Positions 1 through 14,506 of a stretch of 64,000 nt of DNA are shown here, one piece after another (the stretch's first letter is position 1; each line of letters opens with the position of its first letter). A program made the translations under genes and the position numbers. Location of the stretch: assembly GCA_028023455.1 (NCBI GenBank), contig JAQFVV010000002.1, positions 4,030,001-4,094,000 on the forward strand, written 5' to 3'. The stretch comes from Epiperipatus broadwayi (Eukaryota > Animalia > Onychophora). The notes beneath the pieces are model-generated. The model searched no databases, was not told where the DNA came from, and was given only the letters and a program-made list of their open reading frames with translations.

Positions 1-465
1 AACCTGAATTATTTGCATGTAGTATCTGCCATTAAATTGAGGAACTAATTTTACCACTGTGTCTAATATACCATTAATCTCCACAATGTTGAACTTCGGT
101 TTTTTATTTATAATGAATCTCTTTGCTTTTTTGCTTTCAATAGTTGTGTTTGTAGTAAATTACATGTTCACTTTTTCTTTTAACTTCACAAATCTCAATT
201 ATGACCCATTTAATATCAGGTAATTATTTTTTATAATTCATGCAATCTATTATTTGAAAATAAAATGCAGTTGTAGATGACCAAATAAAATGGCAGACTG
301 GATTCACATCAAGAGATTTTTAATACCTCTGTTATCAGTTACCAAACACTGCAATTGCTGATGCCTCATCTTCTTGGAAATAATTTAATTTTACTTGTAA
401 TGATTGTAAATATACATTTTATGTCTTGTTTTTTAATATTGGAATAAATTAAATATTATTTTAAA

Positions 466-760
466 AAAAATCAATTCAGATGTCACATGACTTAATTTAA
501 TAAGCTTTTAAGTTAGTTAATGGCTAATTAAGTTAGATAGCTGGATTGAAAGACATATGGATGTCTGAAAATTTCAGAGTTTCTTCTTAATAATTATACA
601 TTAGATAAAGTGCTGGACTTGTCCTAGTATTTTTAATCTAATGTTTGAATATCCTAACACCTCTTTGAGAACGCCAGTAGCAGAAAACAGTCTGAGGTTG
701 GGGGCATTTTACAAAACTTGTTAAGAGTTTGTTTTGCGAGCTCTATATATAAAATTAAAT
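466..760 (+). mobile_element. Family C repeat fragment with degenerate HHR-like motif (651-706)
   Basis: 466-510 and 645-750 align, inverted, with 39730-39885 (e.g. gccagtagcagaaaacagtctg(a/g)ggttggg). The core reads TTGAGAA..GAAAACAGTC, with flanks CCTCT/TGAGG and ATCCTAA/TTGGG that can pair. Confidence 0.6.
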
Positions 761-3700
761 ATTTATTATTATAGTTACTTTGTTTTTTTGTATTCATAAA
801 AATGATATATTTATTTTTATAAATATGTATTGAAAAATTACTTGTGACATTTAAATTGCATTAACTACTTTAAAATTTTGTTTTATGTGATCAGCAGTTG
901 ATTCTAAAATTTATTGTAAAACTTACTTTCTAAAAAAATATGACTCTCAGAAATAGTATAAATTATTTTACTATTTTATTTTAGAGAGTGTTTTAAAGAT
1001 TTTAGGGGAAGAGTTACTTTTCAGATTTTCTTATTAATATAGTAACAATATTTTCGATTTTGGTCTCTATGCTATTTTGTTTACATTTTATTGCAAAATA
1101 CTTTATTTTCTAATATGGGACATTACTAATTGATTTTTAAAAAATTAGAGACAAAATTTAACAAACAAAAATAGAACGATGACTTAAAACAAAAGCACAT
1201 AATGTCTGAATTTATTGAATGTGAGGTATCATGCTGTATGTTGGTTTACACAAAAATTATCCAGTTTTGTCTTTGGCTTATTGAAAAAGTTTTTTTCCCA
1301 CTTACACATAGAGAGCATGATATTAATTTTAATTGGAAAAAGTAGATATTTGTTTTAGATTTTAATGACAAATATATGTTATAAGTAAGATTTTAGTATA
1401 ATATATCATCACTATATTTGACTTTTGAGAAAGCATTAAATGAATAGCCTATAGTGTCAGTTTGTTAATAAATTTTTAATAATGCTATTTTGATAATTTA
1501 TTTGGTATTTGTATTTAAAATTTTGTGACGTATGTGTAAGTTGTTATTTGTTTGTAGTCTGATATTTATTAAACTACATGTCTATCATATACAAAGAATC
1601 AAATAATGTATACAGAAAAACAACAACATAGAATGAACAGTCATTAAGACATAATCTTCTCCACTACTTTTATATAGAGAAATAGCAAAAAAGAATACAA
1701 AACTCAACACTCTATTTAAATGCCAGATGATAATAATTTATATATTTCTTTTTTTTTTTACTATCTAGTTAAGAATTTCTGGATACACAGTTATCAATTT
1801 ATAATTGAAATGATTTGGTCATCAGCTATATACTAAAAAGAATCGGAAACTTAGAAGTGTTTAGCTATCCAAAAAAAAAATCAAAGTTTCACTTGAATTT
1901 GAATTTTTGATATGGACATGATAGACACTTTTATTAATCGCTACATTCTAAAGTCTTTTATATATATACAGATCTTATGTTGTTAGTAGATTGATTAGTA
2001 CAGTCCTATTATATCTAATTAACCTTATAGTATTAAATGTCGTAAGATCTACAATAAATTGCAATTCTCTGTAAATAAAATAGTACTGACCTTTAATAGT
2101 TATAGTTTTATCCAAATTAATTATTTTTCTGTGAATAGTAAGTAGTTTCAAGAGTTTTACTTTTTTGTATACAAAAAAAGTATTCTTATAAAAATTAATG
2201 TTTCCATTATAGTTTGATTGGAGTATAAGTTGCTTAAGTGTGGCTAGATACAAAATAATCTCGCACCTTCCATATATATACATTTTGTAATAATACAAAC
2301 TTAGTTAAGTAGACCATCATTCTATATTATTACAAGTTATCTTAAATCCAAATAGAGAGACAGAACAAACATTTTTAAAACAACAAAATAAAGAAATGAG
2401 ATTCTCTTGATTGGTGATTAATATTCTGTTAAAACTGAATATATAATTTAAATAAAATAATTATAATTATATTTTTATTTATAAGAGTGTTATTTACTAG
2501 AAATGAAAACATTTGTCAAACTGCAAGTATATTAAAACTAATATGCGTAGTTGTAAAGAATTCACTTATATTCTCTAGTCAGAAAATATTAGTATAGGAA
2601 GAAGAGTGATATAAATAGTTTATACCTGCCTATAGAAGGAAAGAAAGGCAAATATAGAAAGTAACGATTGTATAAAATTCAAATTAAATAGTTTAGAGAT
2701 GAATGACCAAAAGTCAGAAATGAATTTGTACTTAATCAAATATCTATATATTGTAAATCATTTAGTAGTTTAAGTTAAATCCTGTAACTAATATTGATTG
2801 AAAAACAATTGATTAATAATAATTACAATATTTAATTTAAGTTGGAACAAAGAAAGAAAAATCATTAATTAATTAGAATTATTAAATAAAATATAGCCAA
2901 AACAAAGAGTGAAAAAGAGTAAAAAAAGATAATAAGCTAAAGTTAATGGGGGTATAATGCTTTGACAATAGTTTCATATACTTGATAAGGAAAAGGGGAC
3001 AGGGGTATGTGGGTTAGGAGCCAAAGTGCAAATCAAGAGTAATAAATGATAAAATTAAAAATTTATTATTCCAAATTATAGCAATTATCTCTCATACTAA
3101 GTCTATGCCCTTTATTATCTTCAAAGAATATAGTTGTTAAAGCATTATTGTTGAACGCTAAGTAGGAGTATATATCATTTACTACAACAGCATTTACTAT
3201 TTAAATGATTGCATAGAATGTTATATATATACACATTGTAATTGCTTGTATTTACATATTTACCATTTAAATGTTTGTTACAAATTTTTAAATTAAGAAT
3301 GAATTTTTTTATTTTTTTAAATAAAAATCAATTTGTTTATTAAATATCTTAAACAAGTATTTAGATTGATTAATATTGATACTCCTCCTTTAGTTGTTCA
3401 TGGAAATCTTCTTTATAACCAAAGACAACTTTGTAAAAATTTACATATTCTTATAACATGCGTTGTTATATGCTAAGTGGGAGTGGATTATTTAGGGATT
3501 AAAATTGTAATTAATAATTTATAAAGTGCATCCTCATTACATAAGCAATATATATTAAGGCCATAACCTTAAGATTATATTTATTGTTTAGGTGATTGTA
3601 TAATATATATATATATATACTAATGTTATAAGGTGACTAGGCATTAGGCATGTTTTATGTGGATAGTTGCTTAATTTAATTATTATTATTATTTAGTATT

Positions 3701-4759
3701 TTTGTTATTCTATTAATAAACTAATAATGTTACAATAATATACTGGAAAGGAAAGTTTTAAAATACATGCCAGATTAAAACTTGTCTAAATTTTAATAAT
3801 TATCATTTCTTGATCTTTGTAATATAGATGCCTTAAAAATGATCTATAAATGTGCAATTTTAATATTCAACAATTAAAATCATTTAAAATAAATTATTTT
3901 TGCTATGTAAGATCATTAGTTATCTGCAACATTCTTACTTTTTTGATCTCATTCCAAATGCTTAATATAGATCTTTAGAAATCATGTTCTGAGCTTAGGG
4001 AAAGGTTGGGATGTTATTAAGGAAAACTGGGATGAAGTTGCATGATAATTATGTATACATAGGTGTTCTTTCTGAGAAGAAGATGGAGCTCAAATTTAGA
4101 GATAATATAGTTTAAACACCATCTATAAAAGTATATACTTATTGATGAAATTTAATGATGATCCTCCAAGAGATGAATTGATATATGATAACTAGGAAAC
4201 ATAACATGAACATCTTACATAAAGATATTATAAAAATGTGATTTTTGATTATCATAATCAAAATCAATCAAGTTGCATGGGCATTTATATTAATCATAAA
4301 AAGAAACACCATTTGGTTTCATTATAATAAATATTTATAACAAAGTAAATATTTTGGTAAATGAATAAAAAAATAAACCAAAAAAAAATCCAGTCTGTCT
4401 GAATAATCAATGATGATGATATTTTTTTATAGTTTTATATTGAATTGTTAAATGCTTTTCAAAAAATTTAGACTTTATTTAAATCTTTCCAGTACATTAA
4501 CACACACACATTGTACAGAATTATATTTTTCATCTTTTTCATTACTGACTGACCAGTGTCTGTTTAGCATAGAGATTGAACAAATAATTTTTAAATTTAA
4601 GAGTACTGAATTTCCTTGGCAGAATAACTTAATTGGTTGGAGCTTCAACTTAAATTCCATATTCACAAAATCTGAAGATCAACATTAGACTGTTACTGAA
4701 CTAAAAAAGAAAGAAGAAAAAATACCATTGAAACATTATGTTCCATACATTTAAATATA

Positions 4760-5526
4760 AGCCAATAAAAATCACATGATCTCCATTTCTTATGCTTGCT
4801 TATAACTGGTGTTAAAACATGCAAAACTCTCTATCTATTACCACTCAGTGCAAGCCAGAGTAATCAATGTATGCCAGAAGGCTCGAGCATAAAATCCCCA
4901 TCTAACTGTTGTTAAAACATGCAAAACTCTCTATGTATTGCCACTCAGTGCAAGCCAGAGTAATCAATGTATACCAGAAGGGATGCGGATTTTATGCTCT
5001 AGCCTTCTGGCATACATTGATTACTCTGGCTTGCCCTGAGTGGCAATACATAGAGAGTTTTGCATGTTTTAACAACAGTTATAAGCAAGCATAAGAAATG
5101 GAGATCATGTGATGTTTATTGGTTTAAAACCAATCCTGCCTAAAAGGATAGTGGTGGCTATGGTTATTAAAGAACCAAGGACACCAAAATGTATAGGTAC
5201 TGAACTGAGTTCAGACCTATATGACTATATAGGCTAATGAGCTTGGATTGAAAATATTATGGTGTTTTCAATTTAAGACTCATAGTGTTGTAGTTAAGTA
5301 GAGATAAAAGGTGGCTGCTGGAGGGTTGCATTGGATCCTAAGATCTAGGTGAAGTACCCTCAGATCCAAGGCTCTTCACTGTTGGGGGCCACAAGCTGGG
5401 CACTGGTTTGGGGATATCGGATGAGTATGCACTAGATGGGGATTTTATGCACAAGCCTTCTGGCATACATTAATTACTCTAGCTTGCACTGAGTGGCAAT
5501 TCGTATAGGGAGTTTTGCTTGTTTTA
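4760..5526. mobile_element. Family A HHR repeat, locus A1 (fold-back; HHR core at ~5360-5425 is degenerate)
   Basis: Antisense arm 4760-4981 (includes a ~78-nt internal duplication), then sense arm 4982-5526 (~1.2 monomers). Flanked by direct repeat acatttaaatata at 4747-4759 and 5527-5539. Confidence 0.9.
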
Positions 5527-7149
5527 ACATTTAAATATATTTAGAAAGGTTTAAATAAAGTTTGAGTTTTTCTAAAAATATATAATAATTTAACTAGATG
5601 ATGGAATTGGTTCAACATACAATTACAAAAAAAAAAAATAATAGAAATTTGGAGTTCAATAAACCATAATGCTGACACATTATTTATAATTTACAATTGT
5701 AATAAAAAATGGCTATAAATATGAAAACATTACGTAAATGATTAGAAATATTAATGTTTTATCTAATACAAATTTTAAAATTATTTAACGTTTGTGTCCA
5801 AAAAAGTAAAATAAAAAACTGTTATAGGAATAAGACTTCAAATATAAAATGTTTTTTTAAATCGTGTTAAAATTATTAGGGCGTGGGTAGTACATGATTG
5901 GAGTCCAATAAATATTAGGGTGTTGCAAATTATAACATCGGAATAAAAAGTGTAAAATAGTCCAAAGAAATACTTTGCAAATTTAAATGACATCTTATTA
6001 ATAATTGATAATCTATTATCAAAGCAAAAATTAATTATTAAAAATTTTATTTTGAATATTATTTATAATATAGACATACAGAATTTGCATATCCTAAATA
6101 CAAAGTTCATCCAAAATTTGTTCAGACTTTTAAAGAGAATAATATTAAATAATTAATAGCAGATTACTATCGTCAGCGCAGTAGCTTACTACTGCTTGCT
6201 AACTCTTAATATAATTTATTCAGAATTAGTTTACATTTTATAACATAAATTACTATATGAATCTTTTTCATCATTACTTCTTACAAATGTGTTCACGTGG
6301 GAGAGAATGATGATATTTTTTATATTTTCAACCTCGGGACAAAAAATATATATTATTGTCTTCTTTGCTTAAAACTATAAAATTAGAAGCAAAGCCCGTA
6401 GTTGTGACGAAAATCAAAGTGCTAAAACATCTATCTACAAAATTAAGCTGTCATTTAATAAAAATCTTTCATTTAGATCATATAGTGCAATGCAAATATT
6501 GAATTAAGTAAAATAAAATATTTATTTTTCTCAACTACATCTTTTTGTCTCACTCCAAACTTTATAATAATTCTTTTTCTATTAAAGTTGTAGTATTTTA
6601 ACAAATTATCTCTATTATGGATCTACCTTACCTCAGTAATTTCCACAGATAACACTGAAAGCATTTTGCTTTTATAGTAATCTCCACAGACTAACATATA
6701 ACTAGCAAAAATAAAACTTAAATTTTACTTCATTTATTATAATAATATTTTGCATTTAATTATGTTTTAATAGTATGGTTACAGGAATAAGATAAGAAAA
6801 ATTGACACAGAAAATTTGCTTTTGAAAAAAAATGGACCAATACATTTATGTATGTAAGAAATAGTAAATCAATGTGCCTGATATAGCTGGAAACTATTTC
6901 TGTTAACAAAGAATATATTATTACGAGACACTATTTATCAAACATTCTGACTGCGATAAAATTGTTGGGGGGGAAATAATATTAAAATAGAATACTTAAA
7001 AATGAGCTTCATCAAGTAGCTGATGTATTTTAAAAAACTTACAAATAAGCCAGAAAATTCTGTGGGAGCAAGTTAATTAAAAAAGGATAGTAGAAAATTC
7101 GAAACAAGCAACTCTTTTCCTGTTTTCCTTTTTAGTGCCCTTAATATGC

Positions 7150-9750
7150 CTTATACTAATTTTGTAGCTAAAAAAATTCAGTTTGTTAATTGTAAACTGG
7201 TGAGTGGTGAATGTTTCATCCCAGTAATGACTTCTATATTTTAAAACATTCCACTACCATTATCTTTTAATTTATTTACATAATCTGCACTTTATAATTA
7301 ATGTATCTTTAGAACCAATTGTTTTTTTCTTATCACTTGGCACTCACTATACAAGTTGATATTGATCTTCATACACAATCTGTTCTTTACTACAATGATA
7401 TATTAAGAGTATTGCTTTAGACTACATCATCAGAGAACAGTAATAATGGATAAGTACATTTATTTTAGAAAGATTGATATTCTGTCTCTACAGCTTACTG
7501 TAACTTAGTTCTCTTTTATCAATACTATCCATTCATCATTAGACATTGCACTAGTAAAGCAAATCACCTATAGTTTTAGTTAAGGAGTTTGGTGCTATTA
7601 GTTTGAAATTGAAATGACCCTGCTTCTATTTTTTCAATTATGTCTCTTAAGCACAAATATATGCATATTCAATCTACTTTGGCTGAGTATCTTTTTTTAC
7701 TATAAAGATCAAAATCTTCATGTCTCAATTTCATAATTAGTCAAAAGGATACTTCCACTGGGCCCTTTATTATGAAAGTAAAAATTCCATTCCTTTTTCA
7801 ATTATTGTAGATAAAAAATTTGTGCACAGGATTCAACATATTACCTTCTAATTTTTATCAGTTAAAATCTATGTTGCAAGCTTTCAAATATTATGAACAC
7901 CCAGTATTTGCTTTTTAATGATAGTCATCAAAGTCATAATATTACAAAGTCTGATGTTATGCTTAAGCTGAACCTTTACCTGATAGCATTCATCTTGGTC
8001 CTCATGTGATTTCTAAATATCATATGATTTCTAAATACCTTCTCTTGCATATTAGTTTTTTATGATATCAATCATGAACTTTCTTGATTTTCTTCCTAAG
8101 CAAATTTATCATATTGATAGGCTGTATCCAGTTTCCTTAGCTCCATTTCTCAAACAAAATACTATTACCTTTCCTCTTAATAATCTTTGTTCTATCTCTA
8201 TGTTATCTTAGCAAAGCCTTTGAGTCCATCATTAAGGATAAGATACAGCCTATTATTCTGCCTTCCAAATCAAACTATCAGTATGCTAAAAAAGGTGTTT
8301 CCATCTGTGATCTATATCTGTTTTAAATTTGTTATTGATCAAATTATAGCCACCTAGTTGTTCCTATAGTAGTACAACTTGATATTTCATCAGCCCTTGA
8401 TTCTGTCCCTATTGATATCTCATAGAATTATTAGAATTGCATAACATTCCATTTCTAATCACTACATTTTGGCTAATCTTCTAAAAAATTGAGACATTTT
8501 TATCACAATGGCAAAGTTATAACAGAATTCACATCCCATAACTGTATTCACAAGATTCACCTTTGAGTGCTTTGTTTTTTTTTTATTACTTATGTAAATC
8601 CACTGCTTTTGGAAATAGTAAACTGCCTGGTGTCTATATTCCACTGATTGATAAAGCAGTCAAGCATATATTATTTATGGATGATTTTGTCATTTTTCTC
8701 CATTCTTTCTTTACTTATTTCTATTTTAAAAAAGTATACAGCACACTATAAACTTCAGTTTAACCTTGATAAGTCATCTACATGGAGAATACTCTCAGAT
8801 AATGGTGTTTCCTCTCCCTTCATGATCTCCCTCATAACTTCAGGATTTTCCATAATTCTATGAATGATATGAAAGCATCTAATAGAACTCTATCCTTACA
8901 TCTTCTGAAGATATAACTAAGCACTTGTCTAAAGAATACTTTTCCTTTCATACAGAAATCTTTATCAACATCCTGATTTTTCCAAAAATAACTTACTATA
9001 TGCTCACAATGCTTTCAAGAAGAAGGTTAATTTGCTTTGCTCCAAACTGATTTGAGCAGTATTAGAATCTTACAGAAGCATGCTAAGAACAGTGGTCTCT
9101 CCCTTTACTCAATCCCTATCTTTTGTTTTCAGAATTAATACTATTTTTAAAGTTATCTTTGCTTACACTAATGCTATAAAATTTCTTTCTAGTCATTTCT
9201 ATACCCAATAAAGTTATTTTTTTCTATCCTTAAAACAATTGCTACTTATATTGATGTTAATAATAACATGATTCTTTAGGAAAATACTATTTTCAGAAGC
9301 TTACAATATGGTTGGTAGTGCTAGTCAATCTCAATCATACCCATTTATCCTTACTGTCAACAATAAACAGATAATAAAATATTCAAATTCTGGCATCTGA
9401 AACAAAAATATCTTAATTTCTTTATTAAAATTCAATTTAGAAGCTCTCACTACTAATCAGTTCTTATCACAGAGAATGGTGTTGCAAACCTTGGCATCTT
9501 TGTTCTTTTTGTCATAAGTCTGAAGAAACAACACATCATTTTCTATTCCAGGATTCTGTTCTTCTTACTTATAGAAATATCATTGAGTTAGTTACAAAAT
9601 TTGTACTCTCACTGATAGCATGAAATGAGATCTTTTTGTTTATCCTTCATTCCTAAAATGACATTTTTTCTTCAACCCTACATCTAGGAAATTACAATTA
9701 CTGTTTTACAAAACAAAAATAAAAACAGCATGCTTACCTTTCCAGACATT
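7150..9750 (+). pseudogene. Decayed non-LTR retrotransposon (LINE) ORF2, reverse transcriptase remnant
   Basis: Frameshifted RT motifs in the expected order: SKAFESIIKDKI (~8210), VVQLDISSALDSV (~8370-8407), SQDSPLSALFF (~8555), ILFMDD (FMDD at 8674-8685). Many stops. Outer boundaries are approximate. Confidence 0.75.
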
Positions 9751-10189
9751 GTTAATGCTACATGAAGCTTTGTCTTGGTTCTAATCCCATTATAAATAGA
9801 TAATTTCATTTTAGTGCCTTTGTTATGTATTTACAAAATGTACCTGATGTAATTTATACACACTCAATTTGTCTCTTTTTGATAATAAGCTACAAAATAC
9901 CCAAGTAAATTTCAAATCATCTTTTTCAAGTTTGTAAAAAAAATTTTTCTTAATGAAATTGTTTGTTAAAAAAAATTTGAAAACATTTTCTGAAAGGTAA
10001 TTTATAGAATGCTTCATCTTACCTACAATTGAATTAATCTGTCCAGAATCTAAAAAGAAATTTAAGAATATATATAATGAAGATAGATTCAAGGTGAATC
10101 AGAAAAATTATAATTTATAACAAAAATGTTATTTTTAATTCCAAAAAAAATATGAACATCATTTAAAAGGGGAAAGTTAGAAGTGACTT

Positions 10190-10339
10190 GTCAGTCGAAA
10201 AGATTGCCCAGCATTAATGATTAAAAGTAAATTAGTTAAAATTTTGATCAAATATATAAAATGATAATTTTGTGTGGCCCATGAGTGAAATTATAAATAT
10301 TCAAATGGCCCTTGGAAGGAAAAAGGTTCTCCACTCCTG
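10190..10339 (+). mobile_element. Right terminus of a non-autonomous hAT (Charlie-type) element
   Basis: Ends ...ggcccttggaaggaaaaaggttctccactcctg, followed by gtctagat (10340-10347), which matches the Charlie-type NTCTAGAN target. Left end not found. Confidence 0.45.
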
Positions 10340-13300
10340 GTCTAGATCAAGAAAAGCAAGTTTTTTTAGGCCACGAGAAAGTCTGGCAAACTAATGAGAA
10401 TTTTATTGATGTGTTTCATATGTCAAAGTCCAAAAGTATTATTTAGGAACAATGAAATAAGATATAAATGGCATATTAAAGACAATTTCTAATGCTATTT
10501 TTGATGATATCATAGGAAATTGCCAAACATGCCTGTCCCATAATACTTACAATTTCAAAGAATTTCCAGATCAAAGCACTCATTTATTTAGCTAGCCAAG
10601 TCCTTACTTACCAGCTCATTATTTACAAAAATTCACAATAACTAGTCACAGATTTTGACACCGCCCAAGGAGTAAAACAAATAATTTTTAATATTTATTT
10701 GGAGTATTGAATTTGATAATATAAATGTGTGGAATATTCTCATTTTCAAAAGTAAAAAGAAAAAGTTATATTTCTTTTATTGTGAAATCATTAATAATTG
10801 TTTTAAAAACTGTTTCTGAAACTATTTTTTTACTTATGTTTTTATTCTTCTAGCCATCTGTTCTATCAATTAGCAATATGTGGAAAAATTTCAGCATAAA
10901 GTTGTGCATTAAAGGATTTGTAGGTTATCCCAGAAAGTTTATTGTATGTGAAATAAATTTATATATTTGTATTTTCTCTTGTTTATAGAGACAATTGAAT
11001 GGTACAATGAAAAAAAATTGTGTTTAAAGACCAATCACTTCATTTTATTGTATAGATTTGAAATTAGTTCACAGAGATCTAGAACAATGATAGTCAGCAT
11101 GATCCATAATTCCATTTTTATATTTATTATTGCATGTATTTCAGATTTTATATTGTCATGTTTAAATCCAAATGATTAATGCTGATGATGCTATATTTAT
11201 AACATATATTATTATTTACATGCAATGCTAATGCTGATTCTCTGTTTACTCGCAATGATGTTTGTAATGATCATTACCTTCATTCTCTGTACTCCTCATT
11301 TGTATCATTACAATATAATGATTATGATCTACTTGTTTCTTTTATATAATATATGGTGTTAATTTTATTTTTTTATTTACTTTATGATATAACTGTGGGA
11401 AGATGAAAGAATATAATCATTTTATGAGACTATAGGCACCCATAATATATAGAAGGCAGAGATAGTGGATGTAATACAGCAAAGAGCATTTACTCTTTTG
11501 AGATAATTGAAGTAAAGTAAGGGAAGAATTACAATGATTTGGGTGCAATAGTAAAAATATAAATTTTTAAAAGCAAATTATTCATAACAATAACAAATAA
11601 GTATTTGATTCTGTTACATGTCAGTGTATATGCGTGTATGTTTGTGTAATGTTTGCTGATTATTTATATATTTACCCACAATGACTGCAATGTGGTTTTA
11701 TGATACTCCAAATGTGATCCATATTTCATACTGCTCTTAAAATATGTGTTTGTTTTATTATCATTTAAAATTTGACTTTCCTTATACACATTATTTACAA
11801 TTGTCATTAAACTATTTGTACAAAAAATTACAGAAATATAGCCAGAAAATGAAATAAAATTACTTTTGTTTAACTAGATGCAGTTGATTGCTTTCTTTTT
11901 TCTTTATGAGTAATTATTACAATAAAATAAGTTTGCTTTCTATTGTTTTCAATTAGTTAAAAATAAATTTTGTAACATTTCTTTTGAAGAATAGGAAAAA
12001 ATACTTGAAAAAGATGAAAATAGTTTTTAGCCGTTTAGACTACAAATGATATGAGATACCACTACATAGAAAGTGTAAATGAAATGCTAACTAATTTGAT
12101 ATTTCAAAATAGATACATACTTAAGAATTTTCTAAGAGAGATACCTATTCAATTTAAAAATTAGTATTAAAAAGGCATTTAAAAATTGATAGTGTCATTA
12201 TAAAGCACATGTAGCCATTGTGGATTAATTATAATATATATTGTGATGAGTTTATGTTAATCATTATCATCATTTGTAAAATTTATTATATATTTCTGTC
12301 TAGATTTAGATATGAAGGATCTTGGAATTGTAATAAAGTTTGAAGTTTAGAATGATAAAATGTATATGTAATTGATTGCAATCACTTTCCTAGTTCGCCA
12401 TATTGTAATACTGATCAATAGTGCAAAGTACATTTGAATGTAGGGGTTAGCTTATGATCTGATTTTAATTTTTAAATATATTTAGCAATGCATAAAAATG
12501 AGACATATATTTATTGCTAATATCAGTTTGGACTTATTTCCTAAATAAGCTAGTTTCAAATTCCAGGTAAACAGTGATAAACACAAAGACCAATCTTGCA
12601 TTATTTTAAAGAAAATTAAAGAGGAACATTTAGTGGTACATCTTTCATTACTGAAACATTAAACACCAAAATTATATGCTATTTCAAAATTAAATTGTTT
12701 TGAGTTTTATATATATATATAACTTGGGTTATCCAAAGATATACAAAATATGTAACAGTAAATTTTGAATTCAAATAAATATTTATATTAGGTGAAAGTT
12801 GAATGGTTAATAAAATTTGAATAAAAATCATTCAATTCAAATATATATAATAATATTTATCAATGTGATGAGGATGATTTATAACCTATCATGAAAGATT
12901 TAAACAAAAAACAAGTTCACCCAAAAATATTTTTATTTCTATTTTCCTTGTTTTTATAATAAAGTAAAACTTTAAGGTGCCAAATCTTCTGATTAGAATG
13001 TTTACTTTTGGAAAATTTATCAACAGATCCTCATGATTTACATTATTATGACCATCTCTATATTTAACAGAGGACTGTATGATTACTTAGGATTGTGGAT
13101 ATTACTAGCACATTGTTGTTAAAGCATAATGTTTGGATTGAGTTTCATAATCAAACACAAATTAAATATTATTAATAAAAAATAACTTAATGTATTAACA
13201 ATGAATATATAAAACTGTTAGGTTATACATATGCAATTATCACTACATTTACAAAATATTAAGGATAATAAAATAATAAGAAATATTTTAAATTTAAGGC

Positions 13301-14074
13301 CTATAATATCTATAATGATAAGATCTTAACACATTAAATATTTTTTAACTGTTCCAAATAATGGTTTTCTCCAGATATTATTCTTTTAATATTTACAGAT
13401 GGCTTCAGTAGTTTCTCCAAAGATGATAGTTATCCTTCTGGTAACACTAATGATATTATATAGAGACTATAATAGCATGACTTGTGTTAAATAGGGTATA
13501 TTATCAGTAGGTCTTGGTTCATTATTATGGCTTTGTTCATTTCTTTCTTCATGGCATTATTAAAGCATGCAATGGCTGGTTTTAGCAAACTTCAGCATGT
13601 GTTGCTGAATGTAATTGCATTGGAAGTGTTTAACTGCTGGGATTTTTTATTTCTAGACACATATACTACTTGGTCTTCTGTTAGAAAAAGTCATCATACT
13701 TGTACTAAATGGAGTACAGAAAAATACTGTAAAACATGCAGTAAGATCTCACTATCTAATGAAAAAGTTTTAACAAGTAATTTCTATCCTCTGCATGAAA
13801 TCATTGCAATGCTTCTTCTTAATTTGAGTCTTCAAATAGACTGAACTGCTGGCTGGATTATCCTGAGTTGTTTGTTTCAGATCTATTTATACACACTTGC
13901 TGTTGTTCATACTGATTACAGCACTTCAGATGTTTCCAAACAATAAATTTGTCACCAACTAGTTACAAGATTTGATATCTGTTTCTTTCAACAACAATAT
14001 TTTTTTAAAAAAAACATTGTGTTCACTTTTTTCACAACTTGTGAAAACAAACAATTTTACAAATATTTTTAAAT

Positions 14075-14506
14075 TACATTGTTATATTATAAGTATAGAG
14101 GATTTGAACTCAGACTTTCAAGCACCCTTCAACTATCATACCATCTCATACAACTGATACATATGACCACACACATGTAGAAAAGATTAATAATCACCAA
14201 TATATGTATTTCATGCTAAACCAGCACTCATCAGTTGGTCCAGATTATCATCTCTCACACATATATATAATCAATGCTCAGTTTATATTAAGATAGCAAA
14301 TCTTCACACTTTAATGGATAGGCTTCAATCCACTGCAACCTCCAACTTTTCAGCCATCCATATCATTGAAAATCTGATGATGGAAACTCAAATCCCATGC
14401 TGATGCTAATATTATTGCCATGCCCATGTTGACCTGAAGTCACTCTGACCCCTCATGTATAGGACAGTATCCATTAAATACATATAAGAGGGATGGACAA
14501 CAATAT
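14075..14506 (-). mobile_element. Family B1 HHR repeat, single copy of about one monomer
   Basis: Collinear with 24290-24785 and, inverted, with 24790-25470 and 56004-56540. Contains an HHR and a B-box-like GAGTTCAAATCC (14100-14111, minus strand). Confidence 0.88.
14190..14248 (-). ncRNA. Type I hammerhead ribozyme (family B, best-preserved copy)
   Basis: Minus strand: AUAAUC-UGG-ACCAA CUGAUGA GUGCU-GGUUU-AGCAU GAAA UACAU AUA / UUGGU-GAUUAU. Intact core, 5-bp stem II, stem I of 5+6 bp with a UGG bulge. Predicted cut between 14201 and 14200. Confidence 0.8.

Noticed and set aside
6380-6420. Helitron-like end motif (cgtcacaactacggg..cta on the minus strand)
   Set aside because: The hairpin is imperfect, there is no CTAG terminus, and no matching 5' end was identified.
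13398-13940. Protein-like segment with ORF 13527-13844
   Set aside because: All frames have stops and I recognise no motif; it may be an old TE remnant but cannot be supported.
14374-14390. CTGATGATGGAAACTC, a possible minimal HHR on the opposite strand of family B
   Set aside because: Other copies read ttgatgatggaatgg or ctgataatggaatgc, so it is not conserved, and it has no stems.
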